64,000 bases of DNA from Eledone cirrhosa (Eukaryota). Position 1 is the first letter of the stretch. Every line of letters begins with the position of its first letter. The notes beneath the pieces are model-generated. The model saw only the letters and a program-made list of their open reading frames with translations, ran no database searches and was not told where the DNA came from. The stretch covers positions 37,448,001 to 37,512,000 of the forward strand of contig OZ024751.1 of assembly GCA_964016885.1 (NCBI GenBank). Direction: 5' to 3'. The position numbers and the translations under genes are program-made. Shown piece after piece: positions 40,766-56,640 of the stretch.

Positions 40766-41010
40766 GATATTGTTATATTTGGGGAGGGTCATGTTCTAAT
40801 ATTACCAGATAAAATAGTAAAACACATACACTCTTTGGTTTGGTTTTCGCTTCAGTATAATTTTATATTTCTATAAATAATTTAGCCGGCAAACCATGAT
40901 TATCATTAAAATATACTGCAGTTATAAACCAAACAAACAGTGAGTGTGTTTTACTATATATTTTCTGGCAGTATTAGGACAGCATGTCCCTCCCCAAATA
41001 TACTAATATC
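40766..41010. mobile_element. Old diverged hairpin of family F (same terminus as 59070/59698 and 22480-22563)
   Basis: GATATTGTTATATTTGGGGAGGGTCATG...AAAACAC...TTTGGTTT is inverted relative to AAACCAAAC...GTGTTTT...CATGTCCCTCCCCAAATATACTAATATC. Confidence 0.65.
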
Positions 41011-42613
41011 GGTGTAAATATTGCCATTTCAAATGTGTATTTATCCTTCCTTAGCTAAGAACAAAAAGCCAGTTACTATTCACTTGTTTTGTACAGGCAT
41101 TCACTTTAATAAAAATATCTCTACAATGGTAAATCAAAATTTCGTCACGATATTGAACTTCCGGAATAAGTAGCTCCAATGTACAACTGTCTTTCTCATA
41201 TACGTTATTGAAGTTTCATGAGACATTCAAGTGACCCTCATCCCCAAATAGCATGAATTATATGTTAAATGTATAAAGCTGTTTTGCTTGCCTCACGATA
41301 CAGACATATATGTTCATTTATTTCCAACTTGTATTGTACTGGTTAACCATAACTTCCAACTTATATATTTTCCGCAGCAATGCTACATATAACCTACACT
41401 TCATTAATCCTAGGCAAATTATTAAGGTTTATTGGTATATTTTCCTCATATGTAGTTAATAAATATACATTAATATGTAGTTAATAAATTGAAGGATTAT
41501 TTCGATAAATTATATTATCAAAGACAAAACCATATTGCTGCTTTAAACATCTAAGAATGTTCAATTCTTTTAATAGAATCTCTCCCTCTCCCTCTCTCTC
41601 CATCTATGTTTTATGGCTAGTTTGTAGTGTTCTTAGAGTTGTAGACAACACATAAGTGCAATTGATGGGTCAAATGTAAAAACGTAGTATAGTACTCAAT
41701 AGTTTGATATGCTGATGAGAATATAGAATAAAAATGTATAGCATCCTCAGATACACATCGTTAGAATTTACATTTGACTGAAAGAACATTCTATGCTATC
41801 TAACTGAACTACAATATAAAAGGTGTCTATATTTAATTACTCTGTAGTATATCTTCCAAAATATGCAGTAAATTATTTCTAACAACCACTTCTAAAATGC
41901 ACTCAATATCCATGTTTATCCAACAACGACAATCATACATCTTTCCAAATTCCAGCCCTGGGGCTTCAAAACTCTCCAGCACTGAAGAGCTTATATAACG
42001 TATTAATCTTATCCTCCGTTCGCCCGACTAATCAACGCGAATAAATGATATTGGTAGGAATTTTAAATATTACTATTGATTGTTGTTTTACTGATAGAAT
42101 GATTGCTTGTTGAAATAAATGAAAGAGCGATAATTAACAAAATCCAAAATACAAGACGAATAGAATATGAAAGGAGAAAATGAAAAATAAATGAAAAAAA
42201 TATAAATTATGAGGGAAGGAGAATGATAAGAGAGAAAAGCGAGATGTGACGGAAGATTTCGATTAAAAGTATAGAAAAATGAGCGCACGTGAATATATAT
42301 TAAATCCTGGAAGCATAAGTAATTTAACACGCAATATTTAATTTCCTTTACAATTTGTATTGATCTGTGATGTTTTGTATCGTTCCTTTCCAATCAAAGA
42401 TATGTAAAACACTAAAATATATTTATCTGGCAGAAAGGAAACCAATTTCTGTAAATATGGCTAAATTAATATGAACTGGTGCATTTTAATATAAACATCA
42501 ACGTAGCTGTGTTGATATATGTAAAATAATGCGTTTAAGTTAGTGTTCAATTATCGGAATAGGGACATTTTCAGAATGATGTACAAAAATGCATACACAC
42601 ACGACACTATATG

Positions 42614-42678
<65 letters not shown>

Positions 42679-42794
42679 CGAAGGAGGTGTGGTAAGGAAC
42701 CAGATGGACCATAACGCACCAGAGTACTCCATACTTAGGGTAGTAGAGTGGGAAAAAGTATATTTTTTCCTATCTATATGGATGTGTGTGTGTG

Positions 42795-42828
<34 letters not shown>

Positions 42829-44380
42829 ATGTAAAGGACAACACAAGAAGGTTTCCCACTGAGGTTTGTATTGGCTCAGTTCCGAAAATTATACCCGATG
42901 AGTGGCTCAAACTCCATATTTGAGCTATGGACCCGACACCAGCCTATATCTGCTCATCAGACTTTTTAAAAACTCTAAACCAGAAATTCATCTTATATAT
43001 GTATATATATATACATATATATATATATATTACACACACAGATATATCTATAATTTTGTGTATATATAAACATATAAACATCCATAAATACATAAGAAAT
43101 ATGCTTATAATATCGATTTCCAATTATTGAAGAACCTGGTTCCTATTATAATCCTACACAATGAAGATCAATATGATGAGTATCGGGTAAAAATGTCCTT
43201 TCCTTTGTTTTCGATAATCCCTAACTGTTCTTTGTCTCTTAGTGGGTAAACAATGGAACCCATTGTCAGTTAAGAATGGAGATTTTCGTATAATTTATTG
43301 TAATGATTACTATTTAAATCTGTGTTTCCTTATATTCGTCTGGTGATGTCATATTCAGCTTTGGAATCAGATTTTCTTGACATCAGTCAGTAATATATTG
43401 GTTAAAAAATACTAATCAATATATTGAGTAATACATTAAAGGACTAAATAAAAAATACACACTGATTATTTATTTTAGTCTTTTTTAGTTTTACAGAGGT
43501 ACTTTTATTTCAAATTGGGAACTTTCTGAAATAATTCATACAACACACGTGCACTTTTACGACACAATCTGTGAATGATGTATGTTTCTGACGAGTTGCC
43601 TGCCTTAAGCTTGAATATAGCAATACTATACTCAAGATATATGTGAACATAACCATATGAAGTCATATGCAATGTAACATTTAATATATCTGTTTGAATT
43701 TTATAGTTTAACATGTTCCATAACTGCCGATCGTAACATACTTCAGTAGTTTAAACCTGGTTGGGCTTCCTGGATCTAAATCCAGCCGATTTTCTCCAGA
43801 GAAGGTGAAAGAAGTGAGATAGAGGAGGAATGATGCCTAGCACTAGACTGTTACCGTTTTACCAGCATCAAAAGGATGAAAGGCAACTAAATATTTTGAT
43901 TAAATTGGAGTAGCATAAATTAAAATGTCTCGTTGCAGAATACAAGGTGCCACTCAGAGTGTGAATCGAACCCATGAACGTACCATAATGAGTCCAGCAG
44001 CCTACAAAACACACCATATAGTATATATGTACAAACAAAAGCACATGAGATAACAAGGGAGGCGAAATAAAGTGGTAATATTAGCAACTACTACCAACAC
44101 ATCAGATTTGGAAGGAGCTCCAGCATAATATAATTTAGAAACCCATCAACTAAGCTCGATGAATATAGTTGAAACATATAGAAGTTTACATTATATAATT
44201 CAATAATAATATTAATCGTTTAATTTCATTATAAATAATTTATATCTATTGATCAATTTGCATTGAACAGAAGGTCGCTAGATATTTCTCATCGTCGAAA
44301 TATTGTATGGAATAAATAAAAGCACATTTTGTTTGACTTGCATTAATTTTATAGAACGTTTTCTATCTGATACTATGTTG

Positions 44381-44463
<83 letters not shown>

Positions 44464-44477
44464 TGTGTGTGTGTGCG

Positions 44478-44508
<31 letters not shown>

Positions 44509-44870
44509 ATGTATGTGTATGTATATAGTTATACAGAAAGGAAGATAGATATATAGTCATATAAAGAGACATACATTTTCATTATTATTACTATTATATA
44601 TATATATATATATGAATTGAGTTTCGAGGCTGTATTTAAAGCATTGCCAATATATTATAAAAGAAATTTGAGTAGAAGCTTAAACAATGTTTATGAGAGT
44701 GAAAACGTGAATAAAAGACATTTTTAGTTCTTGAAATGAATTGTTTGGTTTCCTTATTTATATTTTTTTATAATTGATAACTACATAGATTTTTAATGTA
44801 TTCTTAGCTTTGCTTGTTTGGGAGATTGTTCAATGGATATTATATATAGATCCTCTTTTTCTTTTCATCA

Positions 44871-45050
44871 GTGGCAGTATCGGTAGAAGGTCGGACGCCA
44901 TGCTTTGACGCATAGAGTTACGGCCCTTGCCATTCTGAGTTCAAATCCTGCCGAGGTTAACTTTGCCTTTCATCCTTACGGGGTCGATAAAATAAAGTAC
45001 CAGTAATGCATTGGTTAATTGCTGGCCTTGTGCCAAAAGTAGAAACAGTT
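44871..45050 (+). mobile_element. Near full-length SINE
   Basis: GGCAGTATCGGTAGAAGGTCGGACGCC...GAGTTCAAATCC...GGCCTTGTGCCAAAAGTAGAAAC. Confidence 0.9.
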
Positions 45051-45341
45051 ATTTTATGACGTCTGATGAGGCGGTGAGCTGATGATTCAGACCGTAATGT
45101 TTTGTAATCGAAGAGAGGTTTGAGCCTGAACAATAATGAAACATGGGTAATAAAACAGACATGATAAACTGATCACTCTCATTGGTTAGATATATATCAG
45201 TTTAAAGTGTGTACTATGTTACATAGTCTTCACGCTCAAAGGCCACCTTCACTATATTAATGTATATATATATATGTGTGTGGGGGTGTGTATGTGGGAG
45301 TGTAATTGTGTGTGCCCGTAGATGTTTACAATGTACATAAT

Positions 45342-45530
45342 TGTTTCTACTTTTGGCACAAGGCCAGCAATTACCCCAGTACATTACTGGTACTTTATTT
45401 TATCGACCCCGTAAGGATGAGAGGCAAAGTTAACCTCGGTGGGATTTGAACTCAGAATGGAAAGGGCTGTAACTCTTTGCCGCACAGCATGGCGTCCGAC
45501 CCTCTACCGATACTGCCAATCCACCGTTTC
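45342..45530 (-). mobile_element. SINE with a 13 bp target-site duplication
   Basis: CAATGTACATAAT occurs at 45329-45341 and 45531-45543. Confidence 0.9.
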
Positions 45531-46129
45531 CAATGTACATAATATTTAAAAGACACACTGGTGAGTGATTTCGAGTAATGAAATACTTTTCTGTTGATAT
45601 GCAAATGTCAGTAGCTTCGTATTCTCCTCCTGTTACTTTCTAGTTGGTGAATTGCTGCGTCTTGTGGCCCATAGACAAGAAAATAGAAACTGTAGGATGT
45701 GAATATATTTCAGTTAGATATTGAATCAAGAGAAAGTGTTTTATTTCAGTAGATAAGACATCAGATAGAGACTAAGATGTTAGTGTAAGTTGTTATATAC
45801 ATATTGTTAGGAGAAAGTGTCTTTGTTGGAAGATAGTACCTATGTTGTAGCTGATGATAGTATAGTTGAAATCTGGAGAGACTAAGAAAAGAAAATGTTA
45901 AGTTAATATATAGAAATGGGGAAAGATGATGATGATGATAATAATAATGATGGTGATGTTGTGATGATGATGGCAGATATGAAGGTGTATACTAACAGAG
46001 AGAATGTGGTGATAATGCTGATGGTGTTGGGAGAGATGATATAGTTTACGGAGATAATGCTGATGATGATGACGACACTTTGATTGTATATAGAAAAGAA
46101 ACCAAAATTTGAAAGGGAAAATGGATAGA

Positions 46130-46350
46130 ATCATGATGATGATGATGATGGAAATGGTGGTGATGGTGGAGATGGTGGTGATGGTGGAGATGGTGATGAT
46201 GACGGAGATGGTGATGATGCAGGTTGCGATAATGGAGATGGTGATGATGGAGATGGCGGTGATGGTTGAGGTGGTGATGATGGAGGAGGTGGTGGTGATG
46301 GTGGATGTGGTGATGATGGAGGAGGTGGTGGTGATGGTGGAGGTGGTGAG
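46130..46350. repeat. (GAT/GGT/GGA)n low-complexity tract
   Basis: Visible directly; it accounts for the Met/Val/Glu ORF. Confidence 0.9.
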
Positions 46351-46509
46351 AGAAATACTGATCGACAGTATTACCATCATTACTTTCTGGTAATGGATTT
46401 AGGAACTAATAATGTACTTAGAAGGAAATATGCAGAATCTACAATAAAAAATAACCAAACTCAAACACAGTCGTGATTTTAATACATATATTTGTTGTGG
46501 AACTACCAT

Positions 46510-46589
<80 letters not shown>

Positions 46590-46631
46590 CATATACATAT
46601 ATATATATATATATACATATGTATATATATG

Positions 46632-46681
<50 letters not shown>

Positions 46682-46936
46682 TTTTTTATATATATATATA
46701 TATATATAATTTATATATATACATATAAATATATGTATAAATATGTATATATATATATATATATTTTTTTTTTTTATATATAAATTTATATATATATATA
46801 TATATACATATATATATGTATACATATATGTATATATATATATATTTTATATATATATATACATATATATGTATAAATATGTATATGTATATATATATAT
46901 ATGTATATATATATTTTTATATATATATATATAGTT

Positions 46937-46975
<39 letters not shown>

Positions 46976-47011
46976 TATATATATATATAATTTATATATA
47001 TATATATAATT

Positions 47012-47064
<53 letters not shown>

Positions 47065-47249
47065 ATATACATATATATTTATATATATATATACATATAC
47101 ATATATACATATACATATATATACATATATACATATATATACATATATATACATATATATACATATATATTTATATATATATATACATATATATACATAT
47201 ATATTTATATATATATACATATATATTTATATATATATAAATATATATT

Positions 47250-47284
<35 letters not shown>

Positions 47285-47723
47285 ATATATATACATATAT
47301 ATACATATATATTTATATATATATATATATACATATTTATATATATATATATATTTATATATATATACATATATATTTATATATTTATATATATACATAT
47401 ATATTTATATATATATTTATATATATATATAATGTATATATAGTTAAGTGTGCGGAACAAAAGTATGTGCTTATGTTTACGCTTCCAGACATGGTGAACG
47501 TATTTTAAGTACTCAATGTATATATAGTTTTGTTTACCACTCTATCTCTATTTGGATATGTATAAATCTACATCATTTTTATGCATATTTAAATGAGTGC
47601 ATACATGTTTTTATAGAACATGTGTATATAGAGAAATGAATAAACGCAAGGATATATATGGATACATAAGTGGTTCTGACAATTTTTTCGCAACTTTCCT
47701 CACTATAACGTTTTTCCTCCATT

Positions 47724-47848
<125 letters not shown>

Positions 47849-48361
47849 GCAGAGAGAGAGATGGAGAGAGAGAGATGGAGAGAGAGAGAGAGAGGGGGGG
47901 AGAGACATGTATGCGTATGGATGTAAGGTATATCTAAATATGTATGTATATAGGTGGGTGTATATATATATATATCTTTATATATATGTGTGCTTATTTA
48001 TTATTTATATATCTTTATATATATATATATATATATCTTTATATATATGTGTGCTTATTTATTATTTATATATCTTTATATATATATATATATATATATT
48101 CACATATACATTCATATATATATATATTCATATATATATATATATATATGTTATATATATATATATATATATTCATATATATATATATATATGTTATATT
48201 TATATATATATATATACTCAAATATAGTTCATATGTATGGAAAGTAATTACGTGTCTTCAGTTAATTAACACCCATTTGGTATATTTTTTTCTTTTTCAA
48301 ACCGTCTCAGGTTTTCTGCATTTGCCACGGCTGTGTAATTATATGTGTGATGTTGGTCTCT

Positions 48362-48423
<62 letters not shown>

Positions 48424-48991
48424 GCATATATATATAATTATATGTATATATATGTGTGTGTATATATATATTTATATACATGCGTGTGTGCGTGTGTAAT
48501 TATGTCTGTGATGCGCATGTATTGACATTGTATGTCGTCACACTGTTTCATCAGCTAATGCATTCTTTCAAACATGTTGATTTAAAATTAAGAAAGAAGA
48601 ATATATAATTGTAAAATAAAAACTAAAATTTGTCTGGAAAACGTAGCGCAACATCGTAATCAACGTATGAAAGCATCATACACCCGCACGTCCTCACATT
48701 CAAAGTGGCATTTATGTTTGCGTGGATATATCTACGTATATTTACATATGTAGAGACAGCAACTAACAAGAGCAACAAGGAATAATAAATTACCAAGCGT
48801 GTAAACAAAAGAGAAAATATTAGTGTATACAATATATACACACATAAACACAAATGCATATACATCATCATTTAACGACTGCTTTACCTGGTATGTATAT
48901 ATATATATATATGTATGGGTTTGTGTGTATATATATATATATATAATTCATGAAAGAAGAGTGACATGGTTCGCTATACAATAAGGGCTTT

Positions 48992-49052
<61 letters not shown>

Positions 49053-49475
49053 CAAACCCCCACACATATATATGCGTATGTATATAAAGTATATATATTC
49101 ATATGTACGTATGTAAGTACTTATAAATGGTTGGTGTATATTTTCACGCAAGATATAATGTAAATTACGTTTAATACGAACGAGCTGCACTCGGAAGAAA
49201 AATTTGTTTTATGAGGAAAACAAAAGGAAATCGACTAGAATAACTGTATACCTCTCCGTAATTACGTTGACTGCATAATTTGCGTGTAAGGTGTAATGTT
49301 ATATATCCATATTTGGTATACGCAATAGAACCAGCTGCGAGGACAAGATGAGGGTTCTATTACTTACATAATAAATACATAGCACCAACAAACTGATGGT
49401 TAGTCAGAATGAAGTTCCACTACTTAAGTAAGTCATTGTTCTCTATGTTCTCTCTCTCTATGCTCTCTCTCTATG

Positions 49476-49506
<31 letters not shown>

Positions 49507-49575
49507 ATATCTCTCTCTCTCTATATCTCTCTCTATATATATCTCTCTCTCTCTATATATATCTCTCTCTCTATC

Positions 49576-49690
<115 letters not shown>

Positions 49691-49782
49691 ATATCTCTAT
49701 CTCTCTATCTCGCTCTCTCTCTATCTCGCTCTCTCTATATCTCTCACTCTCTATATCTCTCACTCTCACTCAGTGTAGAGGA

Positions 49783-49965
49783 ATGATTGTGGAAGGAGCT
49801 GCAATGGAGGGAGGCCAAGGAAGAACTGAGCAGGGGCAGTGAGAGTTGATTATAAATTGCTGGAACTCACGGAGGATATAACGAAAGACCGCGATTTACG
49901 GAAGCATGCCGTGCTAGGAAAGACCTGTTCAACCCATACAAGCATAGAAACACGGACGTAAACCC
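49783..49965 (+). mobile_element. 3' remnant of a second RTE-like LINE family
   Basis: Translates IVEG / GRPRKN*AGAVRVDYKLLELTEDITKDRDLRKHAVLGKT, followed by a CAACCCATACAAGCATAGAAACACGGACGT terminal motif. Confidence 0.6.
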
Positions 49966-50239
49966 ATGCTTATTATATATATATATGGATTTTCGACCCG
50001 TATTTGAGTGTGTGTGAATGCCTGTTTATATATATGTTTATGTATATGTGGAAAGAGTAAGTGGAGTAAATTCATGGCCGTATGAAAATGTGTCATAAAA
50101 ATCTGAGACCTGGTTTTACCTAAATTATCCCCAGCGCGTTTAGACAATTACTATATGAATATTGATAGCATCATGACATAGAAGTGAGTATATAAAAGTA
50201 TCAATTCACCAAACACACACACTCATATATATATCATTA

Positions 50240-51141
50240 TCTATAAAAGGCAGATTGTTGTGTGTGTGTACATGTTCCATGTTTATACATTTGCATACTT
50301 ACAAACCGATTCGACTCAAAGTCTGTAAGAATGTTGTAAATGGACTAACTTAGGTCAATGACTATTTATTTCTATCAAAGTCACCCACACTTACGGAAAT
50401 AATCCATAAAACTAATTACATGACTCTTCCCCCCCCCCCCCTAATACAATCTGATATCCTCTCTCTATTCCCCTTAAAATTCGATAAAACTACATATATG
50501 CTGCAACTTTCTCTTATATGCGCTTAAACTTACAAACTTCCTTTCAGAACGTCGAAGAAAGAAGAGAGAAAGAAATGAAAGAGAGAGAGAGAACGTTTGT
50601 TTTTGAGTGTGGGACGGTCAAACATTTATTTACTTCAATGACAACAATTATTCAAAAGCAACATAAATTTATTCAACAACAAAAAAAAATAACGATAAAT
50701 CTTTTTTAAAACATCAATCAACGAACGTGGCAGAAAGAAGTATCAGTTTATTTACTATACACAATAATATCCTCTATGAGGTCACTAAACCTGCTAGAAA
50801 CAGCAGCTAACTCACCCTCCCTGCTGTCTTACATTTAGAAAACACCCATTAGACAACCAGGCAGAACAACTCCATCGCAGCTCTGTTGGTCGGCTGGCAT
50901 CATCTACGCGCGTGTTGCGCAAGTACTGTAAAACAATAAATTTCAACACTTCTTTGCACAGAGATAATATCCATAAGCGAAACTACAATTGTCACTGCTG
51001 GCGCAGTTCCTGCTTCGGTAGTCCAGGTCTGTAATTCATTCACCCAGTGCCTGGCAGACAAAAAAGTGGTGCCATAAAATGGGTGGTGCAATCTAACTTT
51101 GGTAACTTACTGACCCCGAGCAACGCCGGGCTTTAATGCTA

Positions 51142-51142
<1 letters not shown>
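50240..51142 (+). mobile_element. Non-autonomous Helitron
   Basis: 5' A|TCTATAAAAGG followed by (TG)n (start approximate). 3' hairpin CCCG-AGCAACGC-CGGG (51115-51130) lies 8 nt before CTAG|T. No TSD is visible. Confidence 0.7.
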
Positions 51143-51188
<46 letters not shown>

Positions 51189-52204
51189 TATTTAAAAGAA
51201 AGTGGAAATCACCTAAACATCCCCACCAAAAACAAAAAAAAATAACAAAAAAAAAACAAACAACAAAAAACAACAAAATTGCTATAGCAAATAATATTAT
51301 TTCGATATCAATGATATTGCGCATTCATTTACCCGAGTAGAGATGCGTTTTCGTATGAAAAAAACAAACAAAACTAATACGCATGCTTAATGAGATCTCT
51401 TCAATTCATGCGAAATTTATGGAATAAAAACTTATTTTACATATTGGATATTAGCTTAAATGGATCATGATATAATTCGGATTCTTAATTCTCGAATATT
51501 CCACCACCAGTGAATGATAAATGATTTCGTTTGATTAATTATTAATGAATTTTCCTTTAATGAAGATTAACAACATTGAAGATGAGAATTATGATCTCCA
51601 AGGAAGAAGTTTTGTTAAAATGAGACATGGTTTCTGTAAGCTTTCTTCGTTTATGATGAATGCACTTGGGAATAGATTACACTAGAATAAGATAACGAAT
51701 TATCTTTCATCTAAATGACGATATTGTTTCGTTGAAGTCGTTTCAGATTTATATTCTATGGCTGCACAATGCAAATAGAAATTATTTAACACACAAGGTG
51801 ACTGTTTACAAATATATTGATATTTATATAACACTATCTGGAACTTTGATTACACGTCTCTTGCATTTTTCAAGGAACATATTCACATGTTCCCAATATA
51901 CTAGGAAATGAAAGGGTTAAGTGATATTTTATAACGATTATTTGTTTGCTATCCAGATAGATATTTATGAGGTGATCGATTGAATCGACAATTGATATTT
52001 CTTGATTGTTTATTCAGTCTAAATATATTGTGATTACTACATTTGTAGTTGACATTGACTGTGATTATTGTTTCTCTCATTCCAAAAATATGTTATGTTT
52101 GAACACTGTTTTTGACAAGATTCTATAACAATCATGATGCATCTCAATCGATCGTGCTAATATTATTGAAAGGACGTAAATGTATCAATATTTTACATAT
52201 ATAA

Positions 52205-52402
52205 GTGTCGGCTGAAATGTCTATTGGCTGATCATGATACTCTCATGGAATAACCAAATGAGGTTTATTTTTCCAAATAGTTCCTTGGTAGAAACAATGC
52301 AATTATTAATAAGAATATTTGAAATTAATAGATGAAACGTTTCACAGCCCTACTATCATTCCTTCCTTGTCAGCCTCTGAACTTTCTATTCACCCCTCCT
52401 AT
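52205..52402. mobile_element. Decayed mariner-derived MITE
   Basis: Imperfect TIRs GGCTGAAATGTCTATTGGCTGA / TCAGCCTCTGAACTTTCTATTCACCCCTC, similar to 29226-29260. Confidence 0.55.
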
Positions 52403-53981
52403 AAGGTATGTATTATTCACATGAGAAACAATTGTTATTTCAACTAGGTTTAATTTAAATGTTCAACATGAAAATACCCATTTCTATGATATAAATCCAT
52501 CTAAGGCCCCGTTAAATTACGTTCGAAAACAGCTCTTGATAACTCGAAAGTTATGTTGCTAACCACTACTAACGCATGATTAACAGAATAAGTTTAATTT
52601 AGATACTCAGTATTATTTAATTCTATATTCGCAATCCATACCAGTGGGTAGTGATCAGTGTTCAACATATATATTACTTTTAATCTGTTTCCATTAGGTG
52701 TTCAACATAACAAAGCATATCACGTCTTACTATATTTGTGAATCAGAGCGGTATATATTTCCATACGTAAAGCATGCATAAATATATATTGCATACAGAT
52801 CTATTTGTATCACATGGAAAGCATATACATAGATATTCACGTGTAGATGATATGTAATTAACAAATAACAACAATATATGTAATATACCTGTGTTAGAAG
52901 TAATGAAAGAGGAATTATTTTTCCTGTCAATAATAAATAATTCGTATATCTTATCTATACAAAATCAAAGCTGATACAAAAGCATTTTCATCGTGAAATA
53001 TATCGATGTCTTAATTACATGTGTGAATTAATGAGAGTTGTAATTCTCTTTATAGATGCTATTTTCAATGCATATGATTAAATCATTTTCAAACCGATGG
53101 AATATTTAAGTGAATATTACTAAAATCAATCAATTTGCATTTCAAAAGAATTATTATTTCTTCATACGATATAATAACTTCCTAAATATTAACATTAATT
53201 GTAGTAAGACAAAAATGCAGAAGAGGCATGTTATTACAAGATTCCTTTTGATGAGCTTTCATGAAAAAATAAGAACATTTTATATATATATAACCTAAAG
53301 TATACAAGATCAGATATTGGTATGTATGTATATATAATCTGTGTGAGTGTTGAATGATGAAACCTACCCCCAAAAGACGTTGTTTAGTTCTTACTTAGCA
53401 AGTACCGGTATATATACATATATTTATATTTTTCTGCTGGAGAGAAATGAAACGAGATGTGGTATGGAAAATGCATTTGAGTTCTTTAAATCACACAGAA
53501 TGTCTTAAATTACTCGAATATATAATTCAAATTTCCAATTTGTACATATTTATCATTCGTGAGTGTATGTCATCGTACATTCCTACGTTTTCCTGTGCGC
53601 GTTTGATTGTGTTTGGAGCAATGATTCTGTTATTTACGCCTTACTAAGCATCGTATAGAATGCTTTACTTTATTCATTTCGGTTCTCTGTTCTGATTTCA
53701 AATGATGTTAATATCAAATTCACTTTTACATCTTTCAAAACAAGCATAACACAAAGACCAGTTTTGGGGAAGACCCTGGCACATTATCTCTTCCTGTCTA
53801 GAAAATATTCTAGGCAACAGCAAATTAATTTTCCTGAAACGACGAATATAAGAGTGTCTGACATTTTAAGCCAAAACCTAGGTCGTCCGTCTCTATTTTC
53901 TAGATTATACCGATCTTACCTGTTGCCTCAACTTGGTAAAAAAAAGGCGTGAAACAAAAAGTAATAGAGAGAGTAACAAAG

Positions 53982-56593
53982 ATATATATAATATATATAT
54001 ATAATATATATATATATATATAATATATAAATATAATATATAAATATAATATATATAATATATAATATAATATATAATATATAAATATAATATATATAAT
54101 ATATAATAAATATATAATATATATAAATATAATATATATATATATAATATATAATATAATATATAATATATAGATATAATATATAAATCTAATATATATA
54201 ATATATAATATAATATATAATATATAAATATAATATATATAATATATAATATAATATATAATATATAAATATAATATATATAATATATAATAAATATATA
54301 ATATATATAAATATAATATATATAATATATAATATATATATAAATATATAATATATAATATATATAAATATAATATATATAATATATAATATATATATAA
54401 TATATAAATATATAATATATATAAATATAATATATATAATATATAATATATATATATAATATATAAATATATAATATATATAAATATAATATATATAATA
54501 TATAAATATATAATATATAATATATATAATATATAAATATAATATATATATAATATATAAATATAATATATATAATATATAATATATAATATATATATAA
54601 TATATAAATATAATATATATAATATATAAATATATATAATATATAAATATATATAATATATAAATATAATATATATAATATATAATATATATAATATATA
54701 ATATATGTAATATATAATATATAATATATATATAATATATAAATATAATATATAATATATAAATATAATATATAATATATAAATATAATATATAATATAT
54801 ATAATATATAATATATATATATATAATATATATATATAATATATATATATAATATATATATAATATATAATATATATATATAATATATAATATATATATA
54901 TAATATATATATATAATATATAATATATGATATATAATATATAATATATATATATAATATAAATTATATATATATAATATATATATATAATATATAATAT
55001 ATAATATATAATATATATATAATATATATAATATATAATATATAATATATATATAATATATAATATATATAATTATAATATATATAATTATAATATATAT
55101 ATATAATATAAAATATATATATATATAATATAAAATATATATATATATAATATATAATATATATATGTATATATAATATATATAATATATATCTATAATA
55201 TATATATAATATATATATATAATATATATATAATATATATAATATATATATATAATATATATATATAATATATATATATAATATATAATATAAATATATA
55301 TATATAATATATAAATATATATATAATATATATATATAATATATAATATATATATATAAATATAATATATATATATATATATAATATATATATATATTAT
55401 AATATATATAATTATAATATATATATATAATATAAAATATATATATATATAATATAAAAAATATATATATATAATATATAATATATATATATATGTATAT
55501 ATAATATATATAATATATATATATAATATATATAATATATATATATAATATATATATAATATATATAATATATATATATAATATATATATATAATATATA
55601 TATATAATATATAATATAAATATATATATATAATATATAAATATATATATAATATATATATATAATATATAATATATATATATAAATATAATATATATAT
55701 ATAATATATAATATATATATATATATAAATATAATATATATATATATAAATATATAATATATATAATATATATATATATATATATAATATATAGATAATA
55801 TCTATATATATAATATAATATATATAATATATATAATATATATATATAATATATAATATATATAATATATATAATATATATATATAATATATAATATATA
55901 TATATATAATATATATATATAATATATAATATATATTATATATATATATATAAATATAATATATATATATAAATATAATATATAATATATAATATATATA
56001 TATATATAATATATAAATATAATATATATATATAAATATAATATATAAATATAATATATATATATAATATATCATATATATATAATATATATATAATATA
56101 TAATATATATATATAATATATCATATATATATAATATATATATAATATATAATATATATTTATAATATATAATATATATTTATAATATATATATAATATA
56201 TATATATAATATATATATATAATATATAATATATAATATATATATAATATATATATATAATATATAATATATATATAATATATATATATATATAATATAT
56301 ATAATATATAATATATATATAATATATATATAATATATATATAATATATATAAATATAAATATAATATATATAAATATAATATATAAATATAATATATAA
56401 TATATATATATAATATATATAATATATATAATATATAAATATAATATATAATATATATAATATATAAATATAATATATAATATATATATATAACTATAAT
56501 ATATATATATAATATATAATATATAATATATAATATATAATATATATATATAATATATATATATAATATATATATATAATATATATATATAAT

Positions 56594-56640
<47 letters not shown>

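Noticed and set aside
42895-42962. CCGATGAG plus a TGGCTCAAA/TTTGAGCTA stem
   Set aside because: A stem II-like hairpin is present, but GAAA and stem I cannot be identified; too degenerate to call.
45061-45092. Two CTGATGA motifs in a small inverted repeat
   Set aside because: No GAAA or cleavage triplet; GAGGCGGTGAGCTG looks like a SINE head remnant.
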